A stretch of 63,955 nt of DNA from Armatimonadota bacterium (GCA_031400935.1 JANNQV010000034.1:1-63955), one strand, 5' to 3'. Counted from the first letter of the stretch, positions 8,435 through 19,169 are shown. Numbers and translations are program-made. Notes: generated by a model not told the origin, from the sequence alone.

Positions 8435-10336
8435 ATGGCATCGGAACGTCGCGTTGTAGTTGTTGGCGGAGGGCTTGCTGGCCTCATGGCGACAATGAAG
8501 CTCGCAGAAGCTGGCATCAAAGTCAAGCTGGTCAGTCTAGTTCCGGTTAAGCGAAGCCACAGCGTTTGCGCTCAAGGCGGCATCAATGGCGCCGTGAATT
8601 TGCGCGGCGAGGGCGATTCGCCAAACCTTCATTTCGAAGACACGATCACTGGTGGCGATTTTCTAAATCATCAACCACCTGTTATGCGGATGTGCGAACG
8701 TGCACCCGCGATTATTTACCTTCTGGATCGCCTTGGTGTTCCGTTTAACAGAACAAACGAAGGACTTTTGAGCTTCCGCAGGTTCGGTGGCACACTCAAG
8801 CATCGAACCGCTTATGCAGGTGCGACAACTGGTCAACAGCTTCTTTACGCCCTAGATGAGCAAGTTCGAAAATGGGAAGCGGCAGGCATGGTCGAGAAAT
8901 TTGAGGGTTGGGAGTTCTTGGGAATTGCGAAGGATTCCGAAGGACGATGCCGTGGCATAACGGCGCAAAACCTTCGCGACATGACGATTCATGGGATCGC
9001 CGCAGATGCTGTCGTGATCTGTTCAGGCGGAAATGGCGTCGTTTTCGGAAAATCCACAAATTCCATGATAAATGTCGGTTCGCCCGTGAGCCTTTGCTAT
9101 CAACAAGGGGCAGTCTATGGAAATCCAGAAATGGTTCAAATCCACCCAACTGCGATTCCAGGCGAAGACAAATGCAGGCTCATTTCAGAGTCTGTTCGTG
9201 GCGAAGGCGGACGGCTTTGGACTCCTAGAGACCCAATGGATTCCCGCCCAGTCGCCTCGATTCCAGAAGATGACCGTTGGTACTTTTGCGAAGAGCTTGA
9301 CCCAGTTTATAAGAACCTATTAAGTCGGGATATTGTCAGCTTTATCATCTACTGCGTCTGCCGAATGAATAAGGGAGTCGGTGGAAAGCAGCAAGTGTAT
9401 TTGGACATCACGCAGCTTCATGAAAGCAAAGGCGGGCCATATTCTCGCGAAATCATCAACGACAAATTAGAAGGCGTTTTGGAAATCTATGAGAAGTTCA
9501 TGCGCGAGGACCCGATTGCCGTTCCGATGAGAATCTATCCGGCAGTGCATTACACGATGGGCGGGCTTTGGGTGGATTACGCAACGAATTCGGACGGCAT
9601 GATAGACGTCAACTCTCACCGAAACCAAATGACTAATATTCCAGGGCTTTATGCGGCTGGCGAATGTGACTATCAATATCACGGCGCAAACCGCTTAGGT
9701 GCGAATGCGCTCCTTTCGTGCCTATATGGCGGCGAGATCGCGGCACAGGGCGTATCTTCGTATATAAGTTCAATGGAAGCGGGATGGGATTCAGCCGAGT
9801 CTGTGGTCTCTGAAGCGGCATCGGAGCGTAAATCGCAATACCAAGGATTGAAACAATCGAGCGGCGAGGAGAATCCCTATCGTCTCCACGCCGAACTGAG
9901 TGAAGTCATGTGGAACAAATGCGGCATTTGGCGAACCCAACGTGACCTTCTCTCCGCAATGTCTGATCTAGATTCACTTTCAGAACGGGCGAAGCAATGC
10001 AAGCTGCTTGATGATTCCGATTGGGTGAATCAGTCGGTGCCGTTCACTCGCTCGCTGCAGAACATGATCGAAATGAGCAAGGCAATTGTCGGCGGAGCCA
10101 TCGTTCGGGAAGAAAGCCGGGGGGCGCACTTCAAGATGGATACTCCAAACCGAGACGATAAAGGTTGGCTATGCACGACAAAGGCGACCTTCACACCAGA
10201 TGGGCCATCGTTTGATTTGAGCGAGACGATTGATTGCAGGTTCATTGCACCAAGGGCAAGGAAATATAGAATCAATCAGAACATGATCGTAAAGGAGATC
10301 ATGGGTGAAGAGGCGTTGGCTGGAGTCGAGGTGTAG
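8435..10336 (+). CDS. sdhA: Succinate dehydrogenase/fumarate reductase flavoprotein subunit
   Basis: GGGLAG, covalent-FAD motif 'RSHSVCAQGGIN', 'QIHPT', 'HYTMGG', 'HGANRLGANAL', 'REESRGAH'. Confidence 0.95.
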   Translation: MASERRVVVVGGGLAGLMATMKLAEAGIKVKLVSLVPVKRSHSVCAQGGINGAVNLRGEGDSPNLHFEDTITGGDFLNHQPPVMRMCERAPAIIYLLDRLGVPFNRTNEGLLSFRRFGGTLKHRTAYAGATTGQQLLYALDEQVRKWEAAGMVEKFEGWEFLGIAKDSEGRCRGITAQNLRDMTIHGIAADAVVICSGGNGVVFGKSTNSMINVGSPVSLCYQQGAVYGNPEMVQIHPTAIPGEDKCRLISESVRGEGGRLWTPRDPMDSRPVASIPEDDRWYFCEELDPVYKNLLSRDIVSFIIYCVCRMNKGVGGKQQVYLDITQLHESKGGPYSREIINDKLEGVLEIYEKFMREDPIAVPMRIYPAVHYTMGGLWVDYATNSDGMIDVNSHRNQMTNIPGLYAAGECDYQYHGANRLGANALLSCLYGGEIAAQGVSSYISSMEAGWDSAESVVSEAASERKSQYQGLKQSSGEENPYRLHAELSEVMWNKCGIWRTQRDLLSAMSDLDSLSERAKQCKLLDDSDWVNQSVPFTRSLQNMIEMSKAIVGGAIVREESRGAHFKMDTPNRDDKGWLCTTKATFTPDGPSFDLSETIDCRFIAPRARKYRINQNMIVKEIMGEEALAGVEV

Positions 10337-10340
10337 TCGA

Positions 10341-11531
10341 ATGGTCTGCTCAGTTTTGGGTTATTCACTTCTTCTGACAAACCTCGCCCCAACCGCTTTA
10401 GCGCAGGAGGATCGCTACTATACGTTTTCAACAGTGCGCGAGTTAGCTCAAATTGCAGTCAAAAGGAAGCAGTTCCCCGCAATCGGGATCGTAGTAATGC
10501 GAAATGGGAAAGTCTTGGGCGAGTCCTACATCGGGACTAGATCAGCTACGGGTTCGGATCAAGTTACAGCGAATGATCGTTGGCTGGTCGGTTCAATAAC
10601 AAAGGCAATGACGGCTACGATGATTGCAAAGCTGATTTCAAACGGCAAGTTGCAATGGAATCAGAAACTTTCAGATGGCTTGCCGAATGTGCCCATGAAA
10701 GTAGAGTATCGGAACGCAACACTGCATCAGCTTTTAAGCCATGTTTCCGGTGTGCAGGCCGATACGGGAATCGGTTTGAACTCCACGATCACACCAGCGG
10801 AGATGGTTAAGATCACGTCGAAAGCTTCCACACCAACAATTGCTCGTTCGGAATATGCAAAGCATCTGCTTTCACGCCAGCCAGTGGGCAAGCCCGGACT
10901 CCAGTTCGAATATTCGAACGGCGGCTACGCCGTGGCTGGGAGCATTGCCGAGCATAAGACAAAGATGAGCTTTGAAACGTTGATGCAAGACCTTGTTTTT
11001 GGTCACATCGGCATGAAGTCAGCTCGTTTTTGTTCACCAGGAGAGACGGGCATGCCAGGCGCCGCCAAGCAACCTATGGGGCATACTTTGGCGGCAAACG
11101 GCAACGGAAAGAGTCCATTTTCGCCGTATCTGTTTCAATTCAAGCCCGCCTACATGGTGTTTGGCCCTGCAGGAATTGGAACCGCAATGACAGTGATGGA
11201 CCTCGCCCGCTTTGGACAGTATCAGCTGGACGGTTTGAACGGCAAAAACCGATATTTGACGCAAAGCGAGTTTCGACGATTGCACACTCCATACGCTGCT
11301 GGCGCCAAAAATTATGGTTGTGGGTGGGTATTTGTGGATCGCTTAGGGGAGACGGCAAGCTTTCACAACGGCTCAGACGGCTCGTTCTATTCCTATTTGA
11401 TTGTTTTGCCGAAATCAAGGGTCGTGGTTGCAGCGATTGCAAATTGCGGCCCTCCCACGGACGAGGAGTCGGCTCTGGAAACGGCCGCTTGGAGCGGGGT
11501 TAAATGGGCTCGGTCGAGGATCGACAAATGA
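10341..11531 (+). CDS. Secreted serine hydrolase, beta-lactamase class C/AmpC-like family
   Basis: 'GSITK' (SxxK), 'LLSHVSG', 'FEYSNGGY' (YxN), 'HNGS'; RBS GAGGTG before ATG 10341. Confidence 0.85.
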   Translation: MVCSVLGYSLLLTNLAPTALAQEDRYYTFSTVRELAQIAVKRKQFPAIGIVVMRNGKVLGESYIGTRSATGSDQVTANDRWLVGSITKAMTATMIAKLISNGKLQWNQKLSDGLPNVPMKVEYRNATLHQLLSHVSGVQADTGIGLNSTITPAEMVKITSKASTPTIARSEYAKHLLSRQPVGKPGLQFEYSNGGYAVAGSIAEHKTKMSFETLMQDLVFGHIGMKSARFCSPGETGMPGAAKQPMGHTLAANGNGKSPFSPYLFQFKPAYMVFGPAGIGTAMTVMDLARFGQYQLDGLNGKNRYLTQSEFRRLHTPYAAGAKNYGCGWVFVDRLGETASFHNGSDGSFYSYLIVLPKSRVVVAAIANCGPPTDEESALETAAWSGVKWARSRIDK

Positions 11532-12088
11532 CCCGTTGCCCTTGGGCCGTCGGCGAAATTTACGAACGCTACCACGACGAAGAATGGGGTGTACCGTGCC
11601 ACGACGAACGCCACCTCTTTGAAATGCTCAACCTGGAAGGGGCGCAAGCAGGGCTAAGCTGGATCACGATTCTCAAGAGGCGGGAAGGCTACCGTGCGGT
11701 TTTCGACAACTTTGACCCCACGCGTTGTGCCAACTATTCAGATGAAGAGCTTGAAGAAAAGCTAAAGGACGAGCGGATCATTCGAAATCGGCTCAAGGTC
11801 TTTGGAGTGCGGAAGAACGCTCAGGCCTACCTTAGGCTTTGCGAAGAATTCGGCTCGCTCGACACGTATCTTTGGGGATTTGTGGATGGCAAACCGATTC
11901 AAAATCGCCTGGAAACCATGAGCGACATTCCAGCAAATTCACCGCTCTCAGATCGGATCAGGAAGGATTTGAAGAAGCGCGGATTCACATTCGTTGGCTC
12001 AACCATCGTTTATGCCTATATGCAAGCGATCGGAATGGTGAACGATCATTTGGTGGGGTGCCAGCGGTGGGGAGAAGTTGGGAGCTAG
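11528..12088 (+). CDS. tag: DNA-3-methyladenine glycosylase I
   Basis: 'RCPWA...YHDEEWGVP', 'LEGAQAGLSW', 'IIRNRLK', 'GFTFVG', 'NDH...C'. Confidence 0.95.
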   Translation: MTRCPWAVGEIYERYHDEEWGVPCHDERHLFEMLNLEGAQAGLSWITILKRREGYRAVFDNFDPTRCANYSDEELEEKLKDERIIRNRLKVFGVRKNAQAYLRLCEEFGSLDTYLWGFVDGKPIQNRLETMSDIPANSPLSDRIRKDLKKRGFTFVGSTIVYAYMQAIGMVNDHLVGCQRWGEVGS

Positions 12089-12089
12089 C

Positions 12090-12173
12090 TGTTGGCAATA
12101 ACTCTCGATTAACAATCAAGAACCAACAACGGCCAGTTAACAACCGCCAACTACTTGCCAACAACCAGCCAAC
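12090..12173. repeat. Degenerate 7-periodic CCAACAA-type repeat tract
   Basis: tgttggc ... acaatca agaacca acaacgg ... aacaacc gccaact acttgcc aacaacc agccaac after the tag stop. Confidence 0.55.
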
Positions 12174-12259
12174 GCTTCAGAAAAGGTAAACTCAACCTTC
12201 TTGTTATTCTGCGGCAGACGGATCGCTGAACTTGTTTCGGGTTTTGGAAAAAAAAAATC

Positions 12260-12604
12260 ATGGTATACCGGCCGCTGCGATACGAGCAGATGATGAATGC
12301 CGCTGAGACGTACGATGTGCGCGCTCGGCGAATGTTCAACGGCATGGGGATTTATACCGGCGAAAAAATGTTCGCCTTTCTCTACGAGTCTGAAATTGGG
12401 CTAAAGCTCTGCCCAGAAGACCTTGATCTCATTCGGAAAATGCCTGGCTCTGGCATCCTTAGGCCCGATCCTGAAGGCGAGCCAATGCGCGAATACGTAA
12501 TGCTCCCTCTAAATTTGCTCGACAATTACGACCTGTTTGTCAGTTGGGTGGACCGAAGCGTTGAGCACGTGAAAAAGAAGGCGCAACAGCAGACAGTTGT
12601 TTAG
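12260..12604 (+). CDS. TfoX/Sxy N-terminal domain protein
   Basis: 'RRMFNGMGIY...MFA', '...MREYVMLP', 'WVDRS' pattern and size typical of the TfoX_N family. Confidence 0.8.
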   Translation: MVYRPLRYEQMMNAAETYDVRARRMFNGMGIYTGEKMFAFLYESEIGLKLCPEDLDLIRKMPGSGILRPDPEGEPMREYVMLPLNLLDNYDLFVSWVDRSVEHVKKKAQQQTVV

Positions 12605-12772
12605 AAGCTCAAGGGTATAGGGTTTGGGGTGACTATTGGCTGCTAAGTTGTCTCTAAGGACACTAAATCGTCGCTCTTGTCACTGTTGCCCCTCCATTTT
12701 TCATAGCACATGAATGTTCACAACGACATTCGAGCGACTCCCGAGCGACAAAGGCGACAATCTAGCGACAGC

Positions 12773-12802
12773 AAAAAGGGGAAGAGAACAAAGCCTCTTC
12801 CC
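12773..12802 (-). terminator. Probable intrinsic terminator of the pilus/secretin operon
   Basis: GGGAAGAG-N8-CTCTTCCC stem followed on the minus strand by a T-run, 40 nt past the secretin stop; flanked by heptamer tracts (12614-12630, 12808-12838). Confidence 0.6.
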
Positions 12803-12841
12803 ACTACTTGTTATTGGTTTTTGGTTGTTGGTAACTGAATA

Positions 12842-15568
12842 TTAACCGCCGCCGCCGTTGCCCTTGCCGTTCATCTTTTCTTTTGTTAAGTCAAGAGGAT
12901 TGGCTTTTTCGCTTGATCGCGGATCGGCAGCAGTGCTCTTGTTCTTTGAGTCAACAATTTTTGCTGTTACAAAGAACACGATCTCCTTTCTCGATCGGGT
13001 CGTCTCAGTTCTGCTGAAGATTCGCCCGATGATCGGAAGATCTCGCAGAATTGGAATTCCGCCGTACGATTTCTTGTCTTGGTCGCTGATTAGGCCGCCA
13101 ATTGCAATCGTTTCGCCATCGAGCATGTTGAACACTAGGTCGGCCTTTCGGTCGCTGGTTTGAGGCAGTTGCCCTCCACCGATAACCGTTTGGAACCCAC
13201 GTAGAATCGAAAGGCTTGGCGTCATCTTTATCGTCATCGTTCCATCTTTTCCAACTCGAGGTGTAACGTTTAGCGTTACGCCAACATTGACTTTGTTAGT
13301 TGTTACTGTTGAGCCCGTCTGAGTTGATTGAATGGATTCTACATATCGAACCGTATCTCCGACGAAGATCATGCTTTCTCGGCCGTCAAGAGCTATTGTA
13401 TTCGGACGCGAGATCAAGTTGTTCTTAGTTGTCAATTGATCAAGGACGCCTTCAAACGATCCGCCATGGCTTCGATGAGAGTTGTCGAGTTTGATTCCAC
13501 CTTGGCTTGCCACTGTGCCTAGCGCGTTGTTTAACCGAAGCGTTCCCAATTTAGCGCCTGTAAAGATAGACCAGTCAAGGCCTACAGCCGTGATGTCTTC
13601 CTTGCTAAGCTCTAATACTCTGAGTTCGAAAGCTACCTGGTATGGCTCAATGTCCAGCGATCCAAGAAGCATTTTCGCTTCGTCAATCTGCGCTTTTGTT
13701 CCATAGACCAAAAGCTTCATCGGTTCAGTGCCGCGAACGACAGATTTTGATTCGCTTGTTCCAGTTTCTTTGCTAACTTCAGCACCAGTTCCACCTTGTC
13801 CCGAAGCTGCGTTTGCGCCATTCTCGCCCGATCCGGTTTGACTTCCGGTATCCGTAGAAGTAGAAGTTGCAACGCCTTTTGCGCCCGGTTCGACAGGTGA
13901 AGGCATCATGCTGACTGAAATTCCGCGAATGTATTTGATTACTTCGTTCATTGCAATCGCTGGCTCGATCCATTTGAGATCAAGAATCTCATAGACTCGA
14001 TCCGCGTTTGCACCCACTGCAGGAACTGCAATTCCGAGCGCCTTTGCGATGCTTCGGTCAGTGGAAGCAGCAACATAGGCCAGGTCGTCAACGCCATTTG
14101 CAGGGCCGCTGATTACTAGCAATTTGGAAGCATTAGCTTGCCCCATTACGCCTGCATTAGCAACTGAAATCTTGAAGCTGCTCGCTCTTGGATCGCGTGA
14201 TGCCATATTCTTCACGGCGTCGAGGACTACGTCCTCGGTTGGGCTGTAAAGTGGAATCGCGCGAGTTTCGATCGCGGCCGCCCCCGTTAGGCTGTTTGCT
14301 TCTGCGATACTCTTATCGAGCTTGGCAACAAAGTTCTCAACTTCGATCATTCGCTCAGCCGTTGCAACAACTACGATGTACGTGTCTTTGCCTGCGGATC
14401 CTTCAGTTTCAGAAGATAGTTGAACGGTTGAACCCTGGGCTTCAGCCGTGGCCGTAGCACCTTGCGACGCGCTTGCACTTCCGGACGCACTTTTGTCGCC
14501 CGATGCCCCGCTACCTTGTGCACTTGCGCCTCCAGAAGTTCCAGCCGATCCGGAACCTGAGTTTGTAGTTGAACCTGTTCCTGTTACCGTCTTCGCAGAA
14601 ATCTTTTCTGTTGGAAGAATCAAATCGTAGTAGCCATCTGAAGCCATTTGAGGAAGAGCTTTCAGGCACGCGGCCTTAATCTGCTTTCCTTCACCGCTTC
14701 GAAGCTGAACTACTCTAGTTTCGGCAGCGTCGTCCAGCTTGCCGATCACTTGTCGAATCGCGTCGCTAAATCGAGCTGACGTTGTAACCAAATACGTTTT
14801 GCCGATTTTCGTATATCGAACGCTGGCAATTGTCGTTACAAGGTTGAGCGCTTCCGTAAGCGTTACGTCTTGCAAATTGACAGATACTCTGCCCGCAACA
14901 TCGGGTGATGCAACGATGTTCACGCCTGATTGATCAGCAAGTGCTCGCAAAATTAGAACTAATTCTGTGTTGCTGAAATCAAGCGAAACCATCATTTCCG
15001 CGGGTGACTTCGGAGTTTTCACTCCGACGCTTGCCATCGCATTGTTCAGGTTTGGCAGATAGGGTGCGACAGGAGTTGCCGATTCAATCTTGATTGCTTG
15101 ACTCGCAAACGGGCTAGCAATTGGCGGGACCTTTTCTGGAAACGGTTCGCCTTTGAACGATTCAGTCGAACTCTTTGCGGCAACTATTGCTCCAAAATTT
15201 ATCGCCCAGCCACTTTCCGACTTCTTGAAACTTGGCACCTTGTTGCCCGGCGCATCCATATAAACCGCAACTCGTAGACTTGGCGGTCTGCCATGCCAAG
15301 CTGATCTCACAGAGCTTACGCCCTGAAAATCTACAGGTTCTTTCGTAAATTTGCCATGGAACTTGGTCTTCTTAAAATCGTAGAAAAAGACTTTGCCCTT
15401 AAAAGCTGATGAAACCTTGGGTTTCGGCAGATTTGTTCCATTAATGAAGATTTCAAGGCCGTTTTCTGCCTTTGTCGTTTTGAAGCCTTCGAACTTCGAT
15501 TGCGCGTCAACAGAACCCGCAATCACAGCGCTAAGGCCAAGTATTGTTATTAATTTAATCATTTTCAT
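12842..15568 (-). CDS. pilQ: Outer-membrane secretin (PilQ/GspD family) with AMIN-like N-terminus
   Basis: 'VSLDFSNTELVLILRALADQSGVNIV', several N3-like repeats, secretin C-domain 'DGETIAIGGLI...GIPILRDLPIIGRIF...EIVFFVTAKIV'. Confidence 0.9.
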   Translation of the reverse strand: MKMIKLITILGLSAVIAGSVDAQSKFEGFKTTKAENGLEIFINGTNLPKPKVSSAFKGKVFFYDFKKTKFHGKFTKEPVDFQGVSSVRSAWHGRPPSLRVAVYMDAPGNKVPSFKKSESGWAINFGAIVAAKSSTESFKGEPFPEKVPPIASPFASQAIKIESATPVAPYLPNLNNAMASVGVKTPKSPAEMMVSLDFSNTELVLILRALADQSGVNIVASPDVAGRVSVNLQDVTLTEALNLVTTIASVRYTKIGKTYLVTTSARFSDAIRQVIGKLDDAAETRVVQLRSGEGKQIKAACLKALPQMASDGYYDLILPTEKISAKTVTGTGSTTNSGSGSAGTSGGASAQGSGASGDKSASGSASASQGATATAEAQGSTVQLSSETEGSAGKDTYIVVVATAERMIEVENFVAKLDKSIAEANSLTGAAAIETRAIPLYSPTEDVVLDAVKNMASRDPRASSFKISVANAGVMGQANASKLLVISGPANGVDDLAYVAASTDRSIAKALGIAVPAVGANADRVYEILDLKWIEPAIAMNEVIKYIRGISVSMMPSPVEPGAKGVATSTSTDTGSQTGSGENGANAASGQGGTGAEVSKETGTSESKSVVRGTEPMKLLVYGTKAQIDEAKMLLGSLDIEPYQVAFELRVLELSKEDITAVGLDWSIFTGAKLGTLRLNNALGTVASQGGIKLDNSHRSHGGSFEGVLDQLTTKNNLISRPNTIALDGRESMIFVGDTVRYVESIQSTQTGSTVTTNKVNVGVTLNVTPRVGKDGTMTIKMTPSLSILRGFQTVIGGGQLPQTSDRKADLVFNMLDGETIAIGGLISDQDKKSYGGIPILRDLPIIGRIFSRTETTRSRKEIVFFVTAKIVDSKNKSTAADPRSSEKANPLDLTKEKMNGKGNGGGG

Positions 15569-16239
15569 TTCGGGTTTCCTCCCACGCTTAACGTGATGGT
15601 TTTGCCATCTTTCTTACGAATCACAACTTTGTTCTTTTGAACCGAGACGACCTTGTGGTCGCCATCCAAATCTTGGCCTTCCTTTATCAGCCTCTGATTT
15701 CCCTGTGCATCGCTAATCACAACAGCGTTTTGATTGCCTCGGATGACTCCAGAAACGGAGAACTGAGGACCCTGTGGAATAGCTGGCGGCAATGTACCAG
15801 GATTACCTAGTCCCAATGGATCAAGGCTTCCAGGCATCAGTGGCATAGGTGGAATATTCAAGTCAGCTCCACGGTATGACCTTTGCACCGGCCTTTGAAC
15901 TGGCGGGGTAACAGGCTTAGGTACTTCAATCTGCTGCAGAGCCTCAATGGGTTCAAACGGGTCTCGAGTCTGAAGCGCCATTGTATAAAGCTGCCCTAAC
16001 GGGTCAGATTTAGGATTGTCCGCTGAATACTCCTTTTCGGCATCCGATTTTGCGGCAAGTTCATCTTCTCCAACAATTGGTTTATCAGCCGAGTACTCCG
16101 CTTCAGCAGCAGACTTTTTGGCTACTTGAGCTGTTACCGGCGCATCGGGTCCTGAACTCATGAATTGAAATGCTCCAACTCCGAGAACAACCACGACAAG
16201 GGCTATAACCACAATGAGTTTTTTCTTTTCGTTGTTCAC
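15565..16239 (-). CDS. PilP/GspC-like type IV pilus assembly protein
   Basis: N-terminal TM, 'RDPFEP', Pro-rich linker, beta domain 'VSGVIRG...AVVI...LIKEGQDL'; lies between pilO and the secretin. Confidence 0.7.
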   Translation of the reverse strand: MNNEKKKLIVVIALVVVVLGVGAFQFMSSGPDAPVTAQVAKKSAAEAEYSADKPIVGEDELAAKSDAEKEYSADNPKSDPLGQLYTMALQTRDPFEPIEALQQIEVPKPVTPPVQRPVQRSYRGADLNIPPMPLMPGSLDPLGLGNPGTLPPAIPQGPQFSVSGVIRGNQNAVVISDAQGNQRLIKEGQDLDGDHKVVSVQKNKVVIRKKDGKTITLSVGGNPK

Positions 16240-16967
16240 AATGAGCCTCCCTTAGCTTGTGAAAGTGTTGCGATTGCTTTTCCATCTTGTGGCTTTTGCG
16301 GCGCTGCGTTTGATGGTGAGCCTTGGTTTGTCGGCGTTTTTGGACTGTCAAGGTCAATTTCTACCTTTGGGTATCCAAGATCTTCGCCCGATGCGGGTTT
16401 AAACAGAAAAGCCCGAAGTTCAAGAGTAACATCCAAAACCGAATATCCCGCTTTATCGCCAGTGGCTAGTTTGGGTGTTAGAGAAACGGTTCTCACAGCG
16501 ACAATCTTTGGAAAGGCTTTCATGGCATTCACAAACTTCATTACCGCTTGATAGCGTCCCTTTCCTTTGATTTCGATTGAAAGCTCTGAATAGGGTTTTT
16601 CATTCTTCTTCGGTTCTTTCCCTTTCTTGCTGGTGTGAACCGTCACGAACGGCCTTACGCCAAAGACTTTTACGCCGCTCTCATTTCCAAATTGCTCAAG
16701 CTCTTTGAGCATGGTTGGAACGTAAGCTAGTTCAGGGATATTCTGTTCTAGGTGCGCTAATTCTGTTGCGCTCGCTTGTGCCATAAGTTTGGCTTCATCG
16801 AGCTCAACTTGCAATTCTTGAGGTTTTCTTGCTTCTGCCTTTAGTCGCCTTAGATTTGAAGATTTTTCGGAATTACTGTTAAACAGCATGAATGTCATGC
16901 CTCCACCAGCTAATGCGATCACTCCAGTCATAGCGAAATATACAAGGGCTTTCTTACCTAGTTTCAC
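16236..16967 (-). CDS. pilO: Type IV pilus assembly protein PilO
   Basis: TM plus coiled coil, 'IPELAYVPTMLKEL', 'GRYQAVMKFV...FPKIV'; operon position. Confidence 0.85.
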   Translation of the reverse strand: MKLGKKALVYFAMTGVIALAGGGMTFMLFNSNSEKSSNLRRLKAEARKPQELQVELDEAKLMAQASATELAHLEQNIPELAYVPTMLKELEQFGNESGVKVFGVRPFVTVHTSKKGKEPKKNEKPYSELSIEIKGKGRYQAVMKFVNAMKAFPKIVAVRTVSLTPKLATGDKAGYSVLDVTLELRAFLFKPASGEDLGYPKVEIDLDSPKTPTNQGSPSNAAPQKPQDGKAIATLSQAKGGSL

Positions 16968-17566
16968 TTCGATGCCTCCTTTGCTTCGTCTTTCACTTTG
17001 ACCTCTTCGACGGAACCAGCAACACCTGCCAAAACGTCGAATTCGATTCCTGTAGCTGACTGCATCATTCTCTCCTGAGTGTTCTTTAGTGCGACACCAT
17101 CAAGTTGTTCGCATCCTTGCATTCTCAAAATGAATTCACCAACGGTCTGTAGCTGTGTGCTCATGCCGGAAAGCGTGACTTCTATAGGCTTGCTTGGATC
17201 TGACCCTTGGCATCTCAGGTTAGTGATATAGATTCCTTTTGGAGTCTGAATCGTGAGATGGTTTAGGATAGAATCCCATTTTGCGGTCAATTCTTGGGCA
17301 CTCTTGAGAGTGACAAGCTTCGGCTGCATAATTGCAATCTGTTTTTGAACCCCTTCGATCTCAGTCATTAGAGGCTTCACTTTGTCAGCTTCTAACTTCA
17401 TAGCGGAAATCTCTCCGTCGAGAGTTTCTCCGACCACGAAGAAGAAGCCGCAACCTATCATTACAAATCCCGCTACACCTGCAAGAACAACAAGTGCTGT
17501 TTGGGACTTTGCTGATTCGCGGCGCTGCGCAAGTCTCTGTTCTTCAATTAAATTTATAAATGGCAT
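16964..17566 (-). CDS. pilN: Type IV pilus assembly protein PilN
   Basis: N-terminal 'INLI' PilM-binding motif, TM, coiled coil, 'W..IL..L....P.GI'. Confidence 0.85.
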   Translation of the reverse strand: MPFINLIEEQRLAQRRESAKSQTALVVLAGVAGFVMIGCGFFFVVGETLDGEISAMKLEADKVKPLMTEIEGVQKQIAIMQPKLVTLKSAQELTAKWDSILNHLTIQTPKGIYITNLRCQGSDPSKPIEVTLSGMSTQLQTVGEFILRMQGCEQLDGVALKNTQERMMQSATGIEFDVLAGVAGSVEEVKVKDEAKEASK

Positions 17567-17581
17567 TGATTTACTCCGACC

Positions 17582-18685
17582 TTAAGCAACCTTCAATTTT
17601 TCGGCTTTTACAAATGACCTCATTGCAAGTCCTGTGGCGATGCTAAGCTCTGCACCAGCTCCCCAATCTTCATGACCAGAAAAGGTGAATCTGGGGTTAT
17701 CGAAAACTCCCGCTGCAATCGTTGAAATTCCAAGTTTATGAGCCATGTATTCTGCTAGCCCAGGTAGCCTTGCGCCACCTCCTGTGAGCAAAATGGCTTC
17801 TACCGACCTGTTTTGATCGCCTTCGATTTGTTGCGATTGGAAATAGTTCAATGAACGCCGAATCTCACGAATGAGATCATCAATGTGGGGCTGAACGACT
17901 CTCAATGGCGGATTCTCTTTAGGCGATGCCTCATCAACCAATAGGGAAATATCAAGCTGCGACTTGCCGTTTTCGGCTTCTTCGTCCGACATCCTAAAGT
18001 AGTTTTTCAGAGCATCGGTAAGCAATTGGCCGCCTTGCGAAATGGATCGTGTCATCGTAAACACACCCTGTTGCACAACGGAAACAGTCGTGCAAAAAGA
18101 GCCAACATCAACCATTGCCAAGGTCTTTTCTTTCCAACCTCCACCTTCATCAGCTTCGACAAGTGAACGATAGGAAGCAAAAACTTCGACATCAACGGAT
18201 TCTGCGGTTAGCCCTGCGTGCTTAATTGCAGCCATGCGGCTTTCAACAACTTCTTTTGGCGCAGCCACAATTAGCACATCCATTTGCTTGTCATCAGTCT
18301 TGCCGATGATTTCAAATTCGATGTAGCTATCATCAACTGAACTTGGAACATAGCGTCCAGCCTCAATCTTGATTGACTTTCGAAGAGACGTTTCCGACAT
18401 TTGTGGAATTCGTACTGTTCGAACGATCACTGAAGCACCTGCCACAGCGATATGAGCGGAAGACGCACCCATGTGGCCTTTCGCCATCGCGGCTCTGATT
18501 GCATCTCCTACAGCTTCAGGATCAATGATCACGCCATCGCGAACAGAATCGTCGGGCATCGGAGCTTCAACAGCCTTACCTAGCACCCATCCTGAAGATG
18601 AACGTTCGATTTCGACAATTCGTATGGTGCTATGGCCAAGATCAACCCCAACCACAGACTTTTTGCCAAAGAATTTAAGCGACAT
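17582..18685 (-). CDS. pilM: Type IV pilus assembly ATPase-fold protein PilM
   Basis: 'VGVDLGHSTIRIVE', 'VDVG', 'EIRRSLNYF', 'LTGGGARLPGL'. Confidence 0.95.
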   Translation of the reverse strand: MSLKFFGKKSVVGVDLGHSTIRIVEIERSSSGWVLGKAVEAPMPDDSVRDGVIIDPEAVGDAIRAAMAKGHMGASSAHIAVAGASVIVRTVRIPQMSETSLRKSIKIEAGRYVPSSVDDSYIEFEIIGKTDDKQMDVLIVAAPKEVVESRMAAIKHAGLTAESVDVEVFASYRSLVEADEGGGWKEKTLAMVDVGSFCTTVSVVQQGVFTMTRSISQGGQLLTDALKNYFRMSDEEAENGKSQLDISLLVDEASPKENPPLRVVQPHIDDLIREIRRSLNYFQSQQIEGDQNRSVEAILLTGGGARLPGLAEYMAHKLGISTIAAGVFDNPRFTFSGHEDWGAGAELSIATGLAMRSFVKAEKLKVA

Positions 18686-19169
18686 TTTCTACTCCTTTCT
18701 TAAAGGCCTGGACACTGATCCATTCATCTAGGGCACTCTTCGGGAATCTCCATCGGCCTTCGATCAAGATTCCTGGAAGTTGGCCTTCATGCGCCAAGGC
18801 TTCGATAGTGTTTGGATTTACTCGTAAATAGTGAGCCGCTTCTCGTAATGTGTACATCGTATGCTGAGTTGCAACGAGCGATCTGAAGAGCTGATTCATT
18901 TGCTCCGGGGCCAAGAACAGTTCAAGACGAACGATATTGCTCGAACCAAATGGGACAGAGGGTGGTTCGGGCACTAGGATAGGCTCAGCAGTTACGGCAT
19001 CTACCGCAAACTCAAAGTCGTCGGGTTCTGCGCCCGAACCTGGAGGTGATGGATTCGCTTGAACTGGCTCCTCACCTTCATGAAAATCAATCGGCGTATA
19101 GGGCTCGCTTCCCAAATTGTTGGTTGCGGCATTTTTTGCTGCTTGACGAATGGCATCGGCAAAGTTCAT
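18675..19169 (-). CDS. Excisionase-like (HTH_17) DNA-binding protein with acidic Pro-rich N-terminus
   Basis: 'YTLREAAHYLRVNPNTIEALAHEGQLPG..IEGRWRFPKSALDEWI'; overlaps both neighbours. Confidence 0.85.
   Translation of the reverse strand: MNFADAIRQAAKNAATNNLGSEPYTPIDFHEGEEPVQANPSPPGSGAEPDDFEFAVDAVTAEPILVPEPPSVPFGSSNIVRLELFLAPEQMNQLFRSLVATQHTMYTLREAAHYLRVNPNTIEALAHEGQLPGILIEGRWRFPKSALDEWISVQAFKKGVENVA

Noticed and set aside
18675..19169. Excisionase suggesting a prophage or ICE
   Set aside because: No integrase, att sites or phage genes; the gene is translationally coupled within the pil operon.
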